A stretch of DNA of 64,000 bases from Octopus vulgaris. Taxonomy: Eukaryota. The stretch lies in assembly GCA_951406725.2 (NCBI GenBank), contig OX597824.1:68758001-68822000 (forward strand). Direction: 5' to 3'. Positions 1 through 13,310 of this stretch are shown piece by piece; positions within the stretch are counted from its first letter, which is position 1; each line of letters opens with the position of its first letter. The position numbers and the translations under genes were made by a program. Below the pieces are notes generated by a model. That model was not told the origin of the DNA. It saw only the letters and a list, made by a program, of their open reading frames with translations, and did not search any database.

Positions 1-289
1 TAGTCGTATATATTAGTATTTGATATAATTTGATTCGGCCACATGCGACTTAAAGTTTCGCAGTCTTCTTACAAAAACCAAACTCGTTTAGGCTAAGATT
101 ACTGAATCTGTAATCGTGAATGTCAGCCTGAACAAGCTGGGTTCCTGCAAGAAGCCTGGAAAATTTAAATCACAGGAAGCCAAATAAAATATAGATGATG
201 ATGATGATGATGATGATAGCTTTGGCCGCAAAGGAATGAGCAAGTGTCTCCACCGCGCCAAATCTCTAATAGAGTTGACGAAACCATTG

Positions 290-812
290 CACATATGAAC
301 GAATGCTCTCGACTTGCCCAAGACTAATATAAATTATGGCGACACAATAAGGTAGCTAAAGAGCTACATTGGAAACTATGTGAAAAGTAGGAGCTGTAGA
401 GAGGCAACAGGAGGTATGAGCACAAATCGTAAAGGGGTGGAGTCGGCGAGCTGCCAAATCCAGTGGGATTTCCCAAATCAATCGGACCAGGTGCTTGAGT
501 TCAAACCGGATCTAGTGGTGGTGGGCAAGGTGAGCCACCTGTGCTCTATAATTGATGGAGCGTGGCCGTTTGACCCACGAATAGTTAAGAAGAAAGGCGA
601 ATAAACAGACTATACTATCTTCTTAAATAGCCCGGCTGTAGAAAATGAAAGAAGGTGAAGATATTGCAAATTATTCTTGGGTCCTTGGGAACAATATCAG
701 AAGGCATCGAGAGGAAAGTAAAGGAAATGACTATATAGGGTTCAGTAGAGCTGTTTACAAAAGGTTTGTCGCCTTGGCACGGCCAGAATCATCAGGAAAG
801 TATTAGATAATT
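290..812 (+). pseudogene. Decayed 3' part of an R4/Dong-type non-LTR retrotransposon ORF (CCHC knuckle remnant plus restriction-like endonuclease)
   Basis: Translates with stops and frameshifts as RHNKVAKELHWKLCEK...QIQWDFPNQSD...KPDLVVV...CSIIDGAWPFD...ILGSLGTI. This matches the RHNxVA..HW / WDFxIQTD / RPDIV / IIDIAVPxD motif series of RLE-type LINEs. Confidence 0.8.
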
Positions 813-1015
813 GTACAAAACAAATAAAACAGTATCGCAGGCTATAGGTAGCAAGCCAATTTTGATTTGTACTTGATTGTATTTAGTGTATCGATACCAG
901 AAAGATAAAAGGCAAAGTCGACTTCGGTGCAATTTGAACTCAGAACGTAAAGATGGACGAAATGCCGCTAATCAGTTTTCCCGGCGTGCTAACAATTCTG
1001 CCCGCTCGCAGGATT

Positions 1016-1062
<47 letters not shown>

Positions 1063-1724
1063 GCAATAATCATAATGAGGATTTCTTTTACTTGCCACCA
1101 GGGAGAAGCTACAGCCCAACAGTTCTGATGGGTTGGTGCTAGTCGATTACATCGACTCCGCTACTTCACTGGTGCTTTCCTTTACCGACCTCGTAAGTGA
1201 CAAATACAAAAATGACCCTATGGCGTTTGAATTTAGAATAAAAAGAGACGCTAAAAATAACAGCTGACGTTTCTTCAGTTCTGCCTATCCAACATCCTGA
1301 CTAGAATAATATAAAAAATTACATACATACATGCATACATACATATATACAAACGTACAAAAATACCCCGTTGTTGATGTTGAAATTCCAAAGTAAGAGC
1401 CTTGGATGTAGGTTAAAAACTGGCAAGAAATCTCGAAATAAAACTGAATAATGACACATATACACACACGCGTACAATTAGACATGCACACACACACATT
1501 CATTTATTTTCAGACTGAGTATTAATGACATCGATACTTCGAGTTTTCTGTCTCCACTACGTTCTTCACGTCAATATTCAAATGTTTGGATATATGAGTA
1601 CTGCAAAGTCTGCTGGTTATAGCAACACACCTTAATTCAGCTACAGCAGTGCCGCAATAGTACTCCAGCATGTCTACGCAGTTGCGTACACGTAACAAAG
1701 GCTTTACTGTATCCACCATCTATT

Positions 1725-1985
1725 TAGAAGAAAGAACTATATTGGACAAGCAGAAAATACATTCAGTTGCAAGTAAATTCATGCGATCCGCCAATTTCTT
1801 AAGAAACAGAAACAAATGAAATTCCATGCAACAAAAGCTTTGCTGTATCGAGAAATTTATAACTGTTACCTGGCAGGAAAGAAGAAACACTTCGAGTAAG
1901 CAAAAAATAATTGTTATTGAAAATACATTCTAACGACCCGCTAAGTCTTTTAGGCGCAGATAAAGTAATCCACTCATCTCTCACG
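1725..1985 (+). pseudogene. Possible decayed GIY-YIG endonuclease fragment of a Penelope-like element
   Basis: KNYIGQAENTF with YIG at 1738-1746, followed by degenerate frames. Motif-level match only. Confidence 0.4.
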
Positions 1986-1990
1986 GTATA

Positions 1991-2359
1991 TCTCTCTATA
2001 TATAAACGGCAGTTTGTCTCTGTGTGTTTCTGTGTGTCTGTTAGGTTGTACCCTCACCCTGACCACGGCTTTCAACCGATTCTGATGAAACTTGACACAC
2101 ACATAGCCCAATGTCATAATTCAAAACTAACGCAGCGAAAATTTTGAAAAGTTCCCCCAGTTCTGAAAAAAATCGATAAATTCGACATGGGGTCGAGAAT
2201 CAGAAACACAAACCACAGACTGTCTGGGGGACGCAACTCGACCTTTTTAACTAAAAAAATTTACCATCATTTGTTTTCCATTTTTTGGCTATAACTCTCT
2301 AAAAATGCTTTATAGTTATTTCCCTTACAAACCCGAGCAACGCCGGGCGATACTGCTAG
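1991..2359 (+). mobile_element. Non-autonomous Helitron (~370 bp)
   Basis: Starts A|TCTCTCTATATATAAA, ends with hairpin CCCGAGCAACGCCGGG followed by CTAG|T; inserted between A and T with no TSD. Confidence 0.85.
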
Positions 2360-2848
2360 TCTGGAATATGAGAGAAAGGCAATGAAATGTTCCGGTTTTA
2401 TTCTGGAAAATTTCCGATCGTAATTCACATACATTTTACGTGAACCGAGCAAAATAATGCCTGCGCTTTCTAACTGAAAGTATACAGAACAGAAGGCAGG
2501 AAGCGGTGTCATAGAGAAAACACAATTAAAACAAATCTACAAATTACAATCAAGATACATTTTTACGTTGCAGTATCAACAGTCATCTAAACAACAAATT
2601 CGGCAGTTTTTTTATCTATTTTATTCTACCAAACTTACTGCCTCTACATGTAAAAATTAGTAAAAATTACAGCCAAATATCACTTAGACGGCATCCTAGT
2701 ATCTTGTGAAAGAAAAGGACACACACACGGTAATGTATTCCGAGACATGCTTCCAAAAAGAGAGGATGGCCATGACAGAAATGTATCTGATCATAGGTCG
2801 GTTCAGTAAGAGTTAAACTGGGGCTAACCAGCAGTAACAACAACAACA

Positions 2849-2895
<47 letters not shown>

Positions 2896-3319
2896 CCCAA
2901 TCACACGACTAGGATTTTTTTTAACTGGATTTTGTCGTTTCCATCGATCCCAGTATTTTGACTGGTACTTTATTTTATCGACCTCCACCCCACGACGGGA
3001 CGCAGGTTTAACTTGGCCTCAGTGGGATTTGAACTGAGAACATAAAAAGTGTCGGTGGAAATCTAGAAACGATTGTGCCAGCTCACCACTCCTGACAAAG
3101 AGGAAATAATACAGGTGGATACACATATATGCATATCTATACACACGCACACCTACACACACATCTATGTAAACATACATATATACGTATTAGCAATCAT
3201 TCATGTATACGTATATACATAGAAACATACATTGCATACCCACACACACACACATATATTTGTAGACATAGATAGATCGATAGATAGCTAGATAGAATGA
3301 CAGACAGATAGATAGATAA

Positions 3320-3399
<80 letters not shown>

Positions 3400-3405
3400 A
3401 TAGAT

Positions 3406-3458
<53 letters not shown>

Positions 3459-3889
3459 ATTGATTGATTGATATAGAGAGATAGAGTGAGATAGAGAATG
3501 TGACAGGGACAGAGTGAAAGAGAACTTGTGGAAGAGAGAGAGAGAGAGAGGCAGAGGCAGAGAGAGGGAGGTAGGGAGGGAGAGAGACAGGGGAAATCAT
3601 CGACCAAATCAATCTGGAAGGAATAATAAGAACAAAAGGCCAAAATATGTGACATTGTTCTAATGTTACGAAGTGGTTCACTTGGAAATGCTAAGAGAGA
3701 AAGTTAAACATTAATTTCTGCGTAAGGTAGCAGCAGTAGTAGTAGCAGTAGTTGTAATAGAAGTAATGGTAGTTGTGTTAGTGTGATAGTGGTGGTTGTA
3801 GTAGTAGTAATAGTAGTGGTGGGTTTTGTCGTAGTAGCTCCAGTCGTTTGTCTTAGCTGTCAATAAGTGAAAAAGTGTTGGAGAAGCTT

Positions 3890-3920
<31 letters not shown>

Positions 3921-4253
3921 CTGTCTGTCTGTGAGTATACATATGTACGTACACAAGCGTGTTGTGTGCTGTGCGTTAGTGTAAGATTGTTTTACAAATA
4001 TATAACCATACATATATATATATGTATATGTGTGTGTGTGTGTTTATGACTATGTATATACATATATTTATGTATATATGTATGCATATATATATGTAAT
4101 ATATGTTATGTACATACACACACACGCAGATATATATAGACACACACATATACATATATATGTGTGTGTATGTATTTGCATATATACCTACGTATACATA
4201 CATATGTATGTGTGTGTGTGTGTGGATATGTATATATGAATATATATATGTAC

Positions 4254-4285
<32 letters not shown>

Positions 4286-4495
4286 ATACAGAGAGAAAGA
4301 TGGTGAGAAGGTGATGAATATGTGAATATATCACCGAGACAGAGAGAATGAAAGAGAGAGAGGGAGACAGAGAAAATGTGAGAATGTGAGACAAAGTGAA
4401 GAGAAAAGGATATTCGTCTAAGCATTTTATAAGCATTTGCTTTCAATGCAATTTCAAGCGTACAATAACAAGAAAAACAACAACAACAATAACAT

Positions 4496-4643
4496 TTAAC
4501 AGTAGCAAAGAACAACAATAAGCACAACAATCATGGCTGCTGCCAACATAATAACTCCCATAACCACCTCCACATCCAATCGGCCGCCATTGCTTTCTCC
4601 ATCCATTTTGTTAACGCTCTTAAAAACCTGGCTTCCATTACAC
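4496..4643 (-). CDS. Candidate terminal coding exon with a hydrophobic C-terminus (unassigned gene)
   Basis: Acceptor tcttcttttgttacag| at 4644. The phase-2 frame reads CNGSQVFKSVNKMDGESNGGRLDVEVVMGVIMLAAAMIVVLIVVLCYC*. Unique sequence between simple repeats; no homology recognised. Confidence 0.3.
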
Positions 4644-5844
4644 CTGTAACAAAAGAAGACGAAATAGCGGACATTTGGCCGTGGCCGTGCTGGTGGGAGT
4701 GATGGTGGGTGACGATGGTGTTGTGTGGAGCGATGTAGGTAGTGGTGTGGTGGTGGTGCTGGTGGTGGTGGTGGTGGCGTGGGTGCAGTTGTGAGGCAGC
4801 AGTGGTGATGGCGGTTGTGTTGGTGACGGTGTGGTGTTATAGTTTGTGTGGAAAACTTTGGAGGGGTTTGGTGTTGGCTCTCTGGCGGTGATGATGGGAG
4901 GGATGTTTGGGATGTGGCGGCGGCGGCGGCGGTGGCGGCGGTGGTGATGGTGGCGGTGTTGTAGGCTTGGCGCTGTGGTGCTGTGGTAGTGGTGGTGGTA
5001 ATTGCGTGGTAATAGTGGTCTGAGAGTGGTGGTGCATGTGCAATTGGTTATGGATGTTGTTGTTGTGGTGGTGGTGATAGTGGTGATGGTGATGGTGGTG
5101 TTAGTGGTTGTGTTGGTGATGGTAATGAAGCTAGTGTTGGAGACAGGCGGAAGTCGTCGTTGTGGTAATTTTGATGGTGTTAGGTGGTAGTAGTAGTAGT
5201 AATAGTAGTAGTAGTAGTAGTAGTGGCGAAGGTGGTGCCGGCAGTGTTAGTCGTGATAGTAGTAGTGGTGATGGTAATGATGGTGGTAGTAATAGTAGTG
5301 GTGTGGTTGTGGTGGTAGTGGTGATGGTGGTGGTGACAGCGGCGGCGGTAGTAGTGATGATGGTAGTGGAAGTTGCAGTGGTAGTAAAAGTTGTGGTGGT
5401 AGTGGACGTGGTGGTGGTAGTAGAGGTTGTGGTGGTAGTGGGATGTGATAGTATCGGTGGTAGTGGTGAGGGTAACGGTAGCGGTGGGGATGGTATTGCG
5501 AATGATAGTAGTGGTGATAGTGGTGGTTAACTTGGTGACGGTGCAGATGCTAATGGTAGTAAGGATGGCAATGAGGATTGATGGTAGTAGTTGTGGTGTT
5601 GATGGTGATGACGATGGCAGTGGTAGTTGTGGAAATGGCGAAGCCAGTGACATCTGTGGTGGTGGAAAGGTTAGTAGTTGGTTGTGGTGGTGGAGGTGAT
5701 CATAGGTATATATTGCTTTAGATCAGCTCTGACCGAGCGGCCTTATGATCAAAACCGTTCTAGTGACGCCCATTCCGCTTTTTAAAAGGTATATATAGGA
5801 TTACATTATCTAATGTAACGCTATCCTTTCTCAAAGTTGCTCTT

Positions 5845-6245
5845 TCGGTCGAAATTTGAAGGACATTTGGTTGCTATTTCGATTGTAATTTGAAGAACAT
5901 TCAGTTGCTATTTCGATTATAATTTGAAGAATATTTGGTTGCTATTTCGATTGTAATTTGAAGGACATTCAGTTGCTATTTCGGTTGAAATTTGAAGGAC
6001 ATTCAGTTGCTATTTCAATTATAATTTGAAGAACATTCGGTTGCTATTTCGATTGTAATTAGAACTTTCAGTTGATACTATGATTGTAATTTGAAAACCA
6101 TTCGGTCGCTATTTCGGTTTCAAGGAGATTCGGTTGCTATTTCCGTTGTAATTTGAAGGACACTCAGTTGCTATTTCGGTTGTAAATTGAAGGAGATTCG
6201 GTAGCTAATTCGGTTGTAATTTGAAGGAAATTTGGTTGCTATTTC
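5845..6245. repeat. Minisatellite, ~34 bp unit, about 12 diverged copies
   Basis: Unit close to GATTGTAATTTGAAGAACATTCAGTTGCTATTTC repeated head-to-tail without spacers. Confidence 0.9.
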
Positions 6246-7055
6246 TAGTAGATCTAGTGACCATGTGGATGTTTACACTCTTTCCCAGTGTTACTTGTGG
6301 TAACTTTCAGTAGCCATAGTGTTGAAAAACGGTAGTATTTGTACTTAATCGTCACCACCGACATTCACTACAACCTCTTCACACTAACCCTGTTGAACAT
6401 TTCTCTATCTTCTTTAATAATTACGATTGTTTTAATCTACTTTCCTCATATCCCCTCTTACTAACGCACTAGGCCGGCTCGAATAGTTTGCAACCAAATT
6501 TTCTAAAATCACAACCTACTGACCTTTAAAAACGAGTTATCATATTGAGCAAGTTATTGAGTACATAAAAAACAAAACAAAACAGGATGGACATATACCG
6601 GAACGCCTGTGATCATTAGTCTGTTCAATCAGAGTTTATCTAGGATTAAAGAGCAACGATATTAATACGACAAGTTACATGTCGTACTCCCCCCACCAAA
6701 AAAAAATCTCTCAGCCCCTTGCTATAGCTGTTTTCTGCTCTCTAAATTTCACGGTAGAAGTTGAAGTTGGTCGAACGCAGATTCCACTCTCTTAATCACA
6801 CACCTCTCTTACCTATGGATTAGGAGCAATGTCTTCCGTTTACTCAAGTTCAGAGTGTTTTTTTTTTTTTCTATCACTTCCATTCTCTAAATACATCGGT
6901 TTCCCTTGGGCGATCTTTGACTTCTAGGTGTAAATAACTGCGGGAAAGCTAATGAAATCAAAACATTCCGGGAAAACTACAATAGACTTGGGTGTCCTGA
7001 ATTAACGAAACGAATATGTACATGTATAAAATGTCATCATTACGGATTTCTCTTT

Positions 7056-7455
7056 AAGGCGGCGAGGTGGCAGAATCGTTAAGGCGCTGGACGAAATGCT
7101 TAGCGGTATTTCGTCTGCCGCTACGTTCTGGTTTCAAATTCCGCCGAGGTCGACTTTGCCTTTCATCCTTTCGGGATCGATTAAATAAGTACTAGTTACG
7201 CACTGGGGTCGATATAATCGACTTAATCCGTTTGTCTGTCCTTATTTGTCCTCTCTGTGTTTTGCCCCTTATGGGTAGTAAAGAAATAGGTATTTCGTCT
7301 GCCGCTACGTTCTAAGTTTAAATTCCGCCGAGGTTGACTTTGCCTTTCATCCTGTTGAGGTCATCTCTGTGTTTAGCCCCTTGTGGGTAGTGAAGAAATA
7401 GATATTTCGTCTGCCGTTACGTTCTGAGTTCAAATTTCGACGAGGTCGACTTTGC
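7056..7455 (+). mobile_element. SINE family B copy with internal partial tandem duplications
   Basis: AGGCGGCGAGGTGGCAGAATCGTT head, GTTCAAATTCC B-box-like motif and GGTCGACTTTGCCTTTCATCC body; the TATTTCGTCTGCCG..GTCGACTTTGC block occurs three times. Confidence 0.85.
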
Positions 7456-8194
7456 ACAAGTTCCTTAGTGGGAATTCCTTCGGCACTTTACATTTGAGTT
7501 CGAAAAATTAAGTACCAGTTTGGGCCTTGTGCCTGGAGTAGAAAAGAAAAGAATATTCAAAATTTGAAACTATTGTCACTGATTTCTCTTTAAAGCGGTG
7601 AGCTGGCAAAAATCGGTAGTACGTCTGGCAAGAATGCTTAGAGGCATTTCTCGCCCACCAAATTCCAGGTCTTGTGACTACAATGGAAAACATTGTTACA
7701 AATTTCTCTAAAGGCGGATAGAGAGTAGAACCTTTAGTGCGTCAGACAAAATTCTTAGCGACAATTCTTTCGGCACTTTATATTCTGCGTTCAAATGCTT
7801 TGCAATACTTCGGCACCATTAAAGTAAGACCCACATGGGTCATTATAATAGAAGCGATTTACATGTAAACTACATGTGCATGAAGCTCACAAGCAGCGTA
7901 TTAACATGCCTGATCAAGACATGTATAATAAATACTCAAAATTAGATACATACATGCATGCAAACACATATCTATGAAGAGAATAAAACGACTTTTAGAT
8001 ATACTGTATTAAAAACATGACTGTGTTGTTGTTTTATCGTTTCTATAAATGTTTTTATTTTGCATATCGTCGTATTCTTAAGATGTCTGCATCGCAAGCA
8101 CATCACGTGCGACCTTGCAGTGCTCCAGAATGTCCGTGTTGTCCAATTATTAAGTCCACTAATAAACGAAAATGCATGTATTTATATATGTATG

Positions 8195-8245
<51 letters not shown>

Positions 8246-8324
8246 CTTTTCTGTAGTTTCAGCTCAGACCTGCGGCCATCTATCTATCTATAAATATATA
8301 TATATGTATATATATATAAATATA

Positions 8325-8401
<77 letters not shown>

Positions 8402-8457
8402 TATATACATATAGGATACATAGACAGATGGATATATATACGTAGATGTATGTATAT

Positions 8458-8576
<119 letters not shown>

Positions 8577-8820
8577 CCTATCGATCTCCTTCTATATATA
8601 TGTTTATATATACGAACACACTCACACAGTCACAGTCATACAAACATTTATACATATGTACAAATATAGACAGAGCCTCTGCGTATTTCTGATTGAATAA
8701 GGCAAATAAATTGAGCATTTTTAATCTTATACAGAGAACAACAGTTTCAGCTTTTATCTTGACTTGTTTGCTAACGAAGTGCATGTGTTCAGCGGACTGT
8801 GTCAAAGCTTGCACTCCTGG

Positions 8821-8857
<37 letters not shown>

Positions 8858-8988
8858 AGTTTTGCAGAGAAAGTGGATATAGGTTGGGATGGAAGGTTAG
8901 AGACACTCTGAGATATGGGGTGCGGTCTGGTGAAGCAGACGTGATGTTAAAAGGAATTACAGCGTATGTATATGTGTATGTCTTTGTG

Positions 8989-9031
<43 letters not shown>

Positions 9032-9171
9032 ACATATATCGAGACACGCATACATACATAGACAAATATGTATGTACGTGTATATATAAATTCATACACA
9101 GACACACAGTCACACACTTACACACACGCACACATATATGCATATATATATACACACACACACACACACAT

Positions 9172-9213
<42 letters not shown>

Positions 9214-9222
9214 GTATGTATG

Positions 9223-9269
<47 letters not shown>

Positions 9270-9534
9270 GTATATATATATGTATGTATATATATATATA
9301 TATATGTATATGTATATATATATATGTTGGTCATATCGGGTCATAAAGGGAATTGTTTACACAAAACAGCAAACTTTGACGAATCGAGCAAATATATATA
9401 CACAGACACTCAGAATGTCTCGGAGAGTAACTATAAACACACACATACATACGCGTGCACGTATACATCTGTGCGTGCGCATATTTGTAAGTATGTAGGT
9501 ATAAATGTAGGTGTGTGTGTGTGCGTGTGCGTGC

Positions 9535-9585
<51 letters not shown>

Positions 9586-9879
9586 GTTTTGCAGAGAGTG
9601 AGTACATTCCGCCTCATTGTATATCTGCATATAGATTGTTACGAATGTATAGATATACGTACTTACACTCACACGCACACACACACACACACACAGAGGC
9701 ACACACCCACACACTCATACACATCAGTATATTGAAAATAGAAATTTGTGAATACAAATAGTATGTGTGTGCTTGTGAATATATATTTATATATATGTAT
9801 GCATGTATATATATATATATATATATATATACGCCAGTATGTATATATATACATATATATATGTATGTATACATACATG

Positions 9880-9952
<73 letters not shown>

Positions 9953-10009
9953 TTATATATATATATATATATATCATGTATACATACATATATATGTGTA
10001 TGTATGTAT

Positions 10010-10040
<31 letters not shown>

Positions 10041-10657
10041 GTGAAAGGCAATAGCTATAGATATATAAGATTAACTTTTATTAAACAAATGGTATATGAC
10101 TTCATAACCATTATAGTTATTTCTGCCAGGCGTTCAACCTTATGCCGCCATTATGTAAATTTAGTTAGGTTTGTCGTAATTTTATTTGTATTCTCTATAA
10201 GTAGCTTTATGCTTCTTGACTTCGGCAGTTTGAGAGACAAGAGTAAGCGATTTCTTTAATGAGTGTCGAAACTCGTCGGTTCGATCCTCTTTGTAAGCTG
10301 GTGAGGGTTTTGTGGAATAACAACGAGGAGCATCTTCATAAGGAGAGTAAATAGATTATGGAACGTATGCCATGTACTTTTGCATGCATATCAAATTTCA
10401 ACCTATGTTGTATTGGTACTCTGTATACACATCTATACATACATATATAGACGTATGCATAGATGCATACGTACGTACACACATACTTACACACGCACAC
10501 ACACGCATATATATATATTTAATATTTTCTCAAGAGTTTGCCTTGTAAACTGTTTTTAACATTTTTTAATTATTATTATCAAAGAATGTATATATTTATT
10601 GTAATACATTGTGACAACCAGAACTTCACACAACAAAGCTTTTACAAAGCTTTACAT

Positions 10658-10705
10658 TTTACTTTTGACAATCTTTTTCTAAAAATGTGAAACCGGTCAA
10701 GTGAA
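10658..10705 (+). ncRNA. Degenerate type I hammerhead motif at a Penelope-like 3' end
   Basis: tttactt-[TTGACAA]-...-GAAA-ccgg-TC-aagtgaa. Stem I and the palindromic stem III are retained but the core is decayed; (TA)n follows at 10746. Confidence 0.4.
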
Positions 10706-10744
10706 TAAACATCTTTTGAAATTGCATTTTCAAACCTTCTTTCC

Positions 10745-10822
<78 letters not shown>

Positions 10823-11156
10823 TCACACACTCCCACAGTCACGTATATCTCTTCGAACTAAACGAGGGTGTATTTTCCAAAATGGAGGCGAACACTTTTC
10901 TCCATGTGATCGGATTGAAAAATTGTTAAGACACTAGGATATTTTCCTACTTATCTTAACATGAAACCATGTTAGCATTAATTCACAAATAAAGGAATTA
11001 TAGCCACCAGTGTGGTGTTGAGCACTAATTTTAATCGTTTGACGTTTACATATGTGTGTGTGTGTATAATGAATGAGCACAAACAAGGAAAATGTACAAG
11101 GACATGTTTTAAGAAGATTGTTATAATTATAATGCTTGAAAGGAAAATGAAAGTGC

Positions 11157-11191
11157 ATTAACGTTTCGGCGGCTAGTTCTTCATCAGAAAA
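11157..11191 (-). ncRNA. Minimal hammerhead ribozyme motif
   Basis: Minus strand: ttt CTGATGA agaactagccgcc GAAACGTTA; stem II is poorly paired. Confidence 0.5.
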
Positions 11192-11542
11192 AAATACGAG
11201 GCAAGGTGGTGGAAAAAAGAAAAAAAGAAAATGCTGAGCCGGAAGGAAATGCATTTCTATAGGAAGGAATTAAGGAGAGAGGGAGAAATGGGGCGTTCTG
11301 GACATGAATAGGAAGGTATCCATGCAGGTAGATGAGATTAGAGGCAGGTGTGTAAGTGGTATGTGTGCGGGTAGTGGCAAAGTATGTGAACGGCAGAATT
11401 TGAATTCAGAATATACAGACAGACGAAATGCCACTGAACATCTTGCCCGGAATGTTAACAATCCTGCTAGCTTTAGCAACAACAGCAGCAGCAGCAACAA
11501 CAATGATAATGATGATAATGATGATGATGATGATGATGATGA

Positions 11543-12058
11543 TGATGCAGTACCAGGCACTGGCTCGTACATTGTTTTGTTTTGGCATAAAAGATGGGCT
11601 ACAGCAAATATTCTGCTCAATACCACAGATTCGCTTGTCAGTTGTTTGACCTTAACAAGTTGAGCATGTCCCTTAGTGGCTGACGATATGAGCATCTCTG
11701 ATCCCGTGCAGGAGTAGCGGGGAAGCATCATAGGCACGTGTTGAGAGAAATTCTTTGGAGGTTTGAATAATGCACCTCTGGAAACATGGGTGTTTCATTC
11801 ATCATTCTTAAACAACCCTTATTCAGGGACCTTTTGAGCGGGATGGTCTACTCGATCTGAAGAAAATTCTAACTGGGCACCACCTGCAAGGTCATGCGCT
11901 GTTTATCTTGATATGAGATCACCATGTCGCGCACATATGGTTGTGATGCATGTGCCTGGTGTACTCTTATCAGACGAGTAGTCTTGATGGGTATATTGGT
12001 CTTCGTATATTTGTACTCCAGTGTCACCTTGACGGCATGCGCGGCTCTCTCACTCAAT
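11543..12058 (+). mobile_element. Family C interspersed repeat (~510 bp, unclassified retroposon) in a (GAT)n/(AAT)n tract
   Basis: GATGCAGTACCAGGCA...CTCTCTCACTCAATAA; four similar copies in the window, all ending in AAT/AAC repeats. Confidence 0.85.
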
Positions 12059-12137
<79 letters not shown>

Positions 12138-12138
12138 G

Positions 12139-12172
<34 letters not shown>

Positions 12173-12765
12173 AATAATAATGATAATAATAATAATAATA
12201 ATAAAAATAATAATAATAATAATCTTTTCACAGGTCTGAAATTTGTGGTGAGGGGGCCAGTCGATTAGATCGAGCCCAGTACTAAACTGGTACTTAATTT
12301 ATCGACCATGAAAGTATGAAAGGCAAAGTCGACCCCTGCAACATTTGAACACAACGTAAAGACGTACAAAATGCCGCGTAGCATTTTGCCCGGCGTGCTA
12401 ACGATTCTGCCAGATCGCCGCCTTACTACTACTACTGCTGCTGCTGCTACTCCTCCTACTCCTCCTCCTCCTCCTCCTCCTCCTCCTACTACTACTACTA
12501 CTACTAATAATAATAATGGTTTCAAATTTTGCCAGAAGGGCAAGAATATTAGGGAATTGGTCGACTGTTACTCATTTCATCGTCCCCGAAAAGATGAAAG
12601 GTAAAGTCGACCTCGGTGGAATTTGAACTCAGAAAGTAACGACGGGCGAAATACCGCTATTTCGTCACAGCGCGCTAACGATTCTAGCATTTCGTCGCCT
12701 TACTAATACAGTAATACCTTGACTATCGCGATATGTGGAAATCCGCGAAACAGAAACAGTACTGT

Positions 12766-12959
12766 ACTCTTTTACTTGTTTCAGTCATTTGACTGCGGCC
12801 ATGATGGAGCACCGCCTTTAGTCGAGTAAATCGACCCCAGGACTTATTCTTTGTAAGCCTAGTACTTATTCTACCGGTCTCTTTTGCCGAACCGCTAAGT
12901 TACGGGGACGCAAACACCAGCATGGGTTGTCAAACGATGTTGGGGGAACAAACACAGAT

Positions 12960-13016
<57 letters not shown>

Positions 13017-13189
13017 CAGATATACGACAGGCTTCTTTCAGTTTCTGTCTACCAAATCCACTCACAAGGCCTTGGTCGGCCCGAGGCTTTAGTAGAAGAC
13101 ACTTGCCCAAGTGCCACGCAGTGGGACTGAACCCGGAGCCATGTGGTTGGTAAGCAAGCTACTTATCACACATCCACTCTTGCGCCTAT
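12766..13189 (-). mobile_element. SINE family A (tRNA-like head), full length
   Basis: Head GGCGCAAGAGTGG..GGTTCAGTCCC, body CCTTGTGAGTGGATTTGGTAGAC, internal (TA)/(TG) tract, tail CAAATGACTGAAACAAGTAAAAG. Confidence 0.9.
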
Positions 13190-13196
13190 AGTGACA

Positions 13197-13310
13197 CTTA
13201 CAGCACCTAGGTTTCCCAAGCGGTCACCCATATAAGTACTAACTAGGCTCAACGTTGCTTAACTACGGTGATCGGACGAGAACCGGTGCTTTCAACGTGA
13301 TATGGCCGTA
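13197..13310 (-). rRNA. 5S rRNA-derived copy (probable pseudogene)
   Basis: Minus strand TACGGCCATATCACGTTGAAAGCACCGGTTCTCGTCCGATCACCG...TTAGTACTT..ATGGGTGACCGCTTGGGAA..GGTGCTGTAAG is collinear with animal 5S rRNA. The first ~3 nt are missing, box C is altered and there is no T-run terminator. Confidence 0.9.

Noticed and set aside
4700-5700. Gly/Ser/Val- or Thr/His-rich ORFs
   Set aside because: Degenerate (GGT/GAT/AGT)n low-complexity tract with no splice or homology support.
5845-6245. CRISPR-like periodicity of ~34 bp
   Set aside because: Units are contiguous and diverged with no unique spacers; eukaryotic context with no cas genes.
13197-13310. Functional 5S rRNA gene
   Set aside because: Solitary, 5' end truncated, box C altered and no oligo-T terminator; kept as a derived copy.
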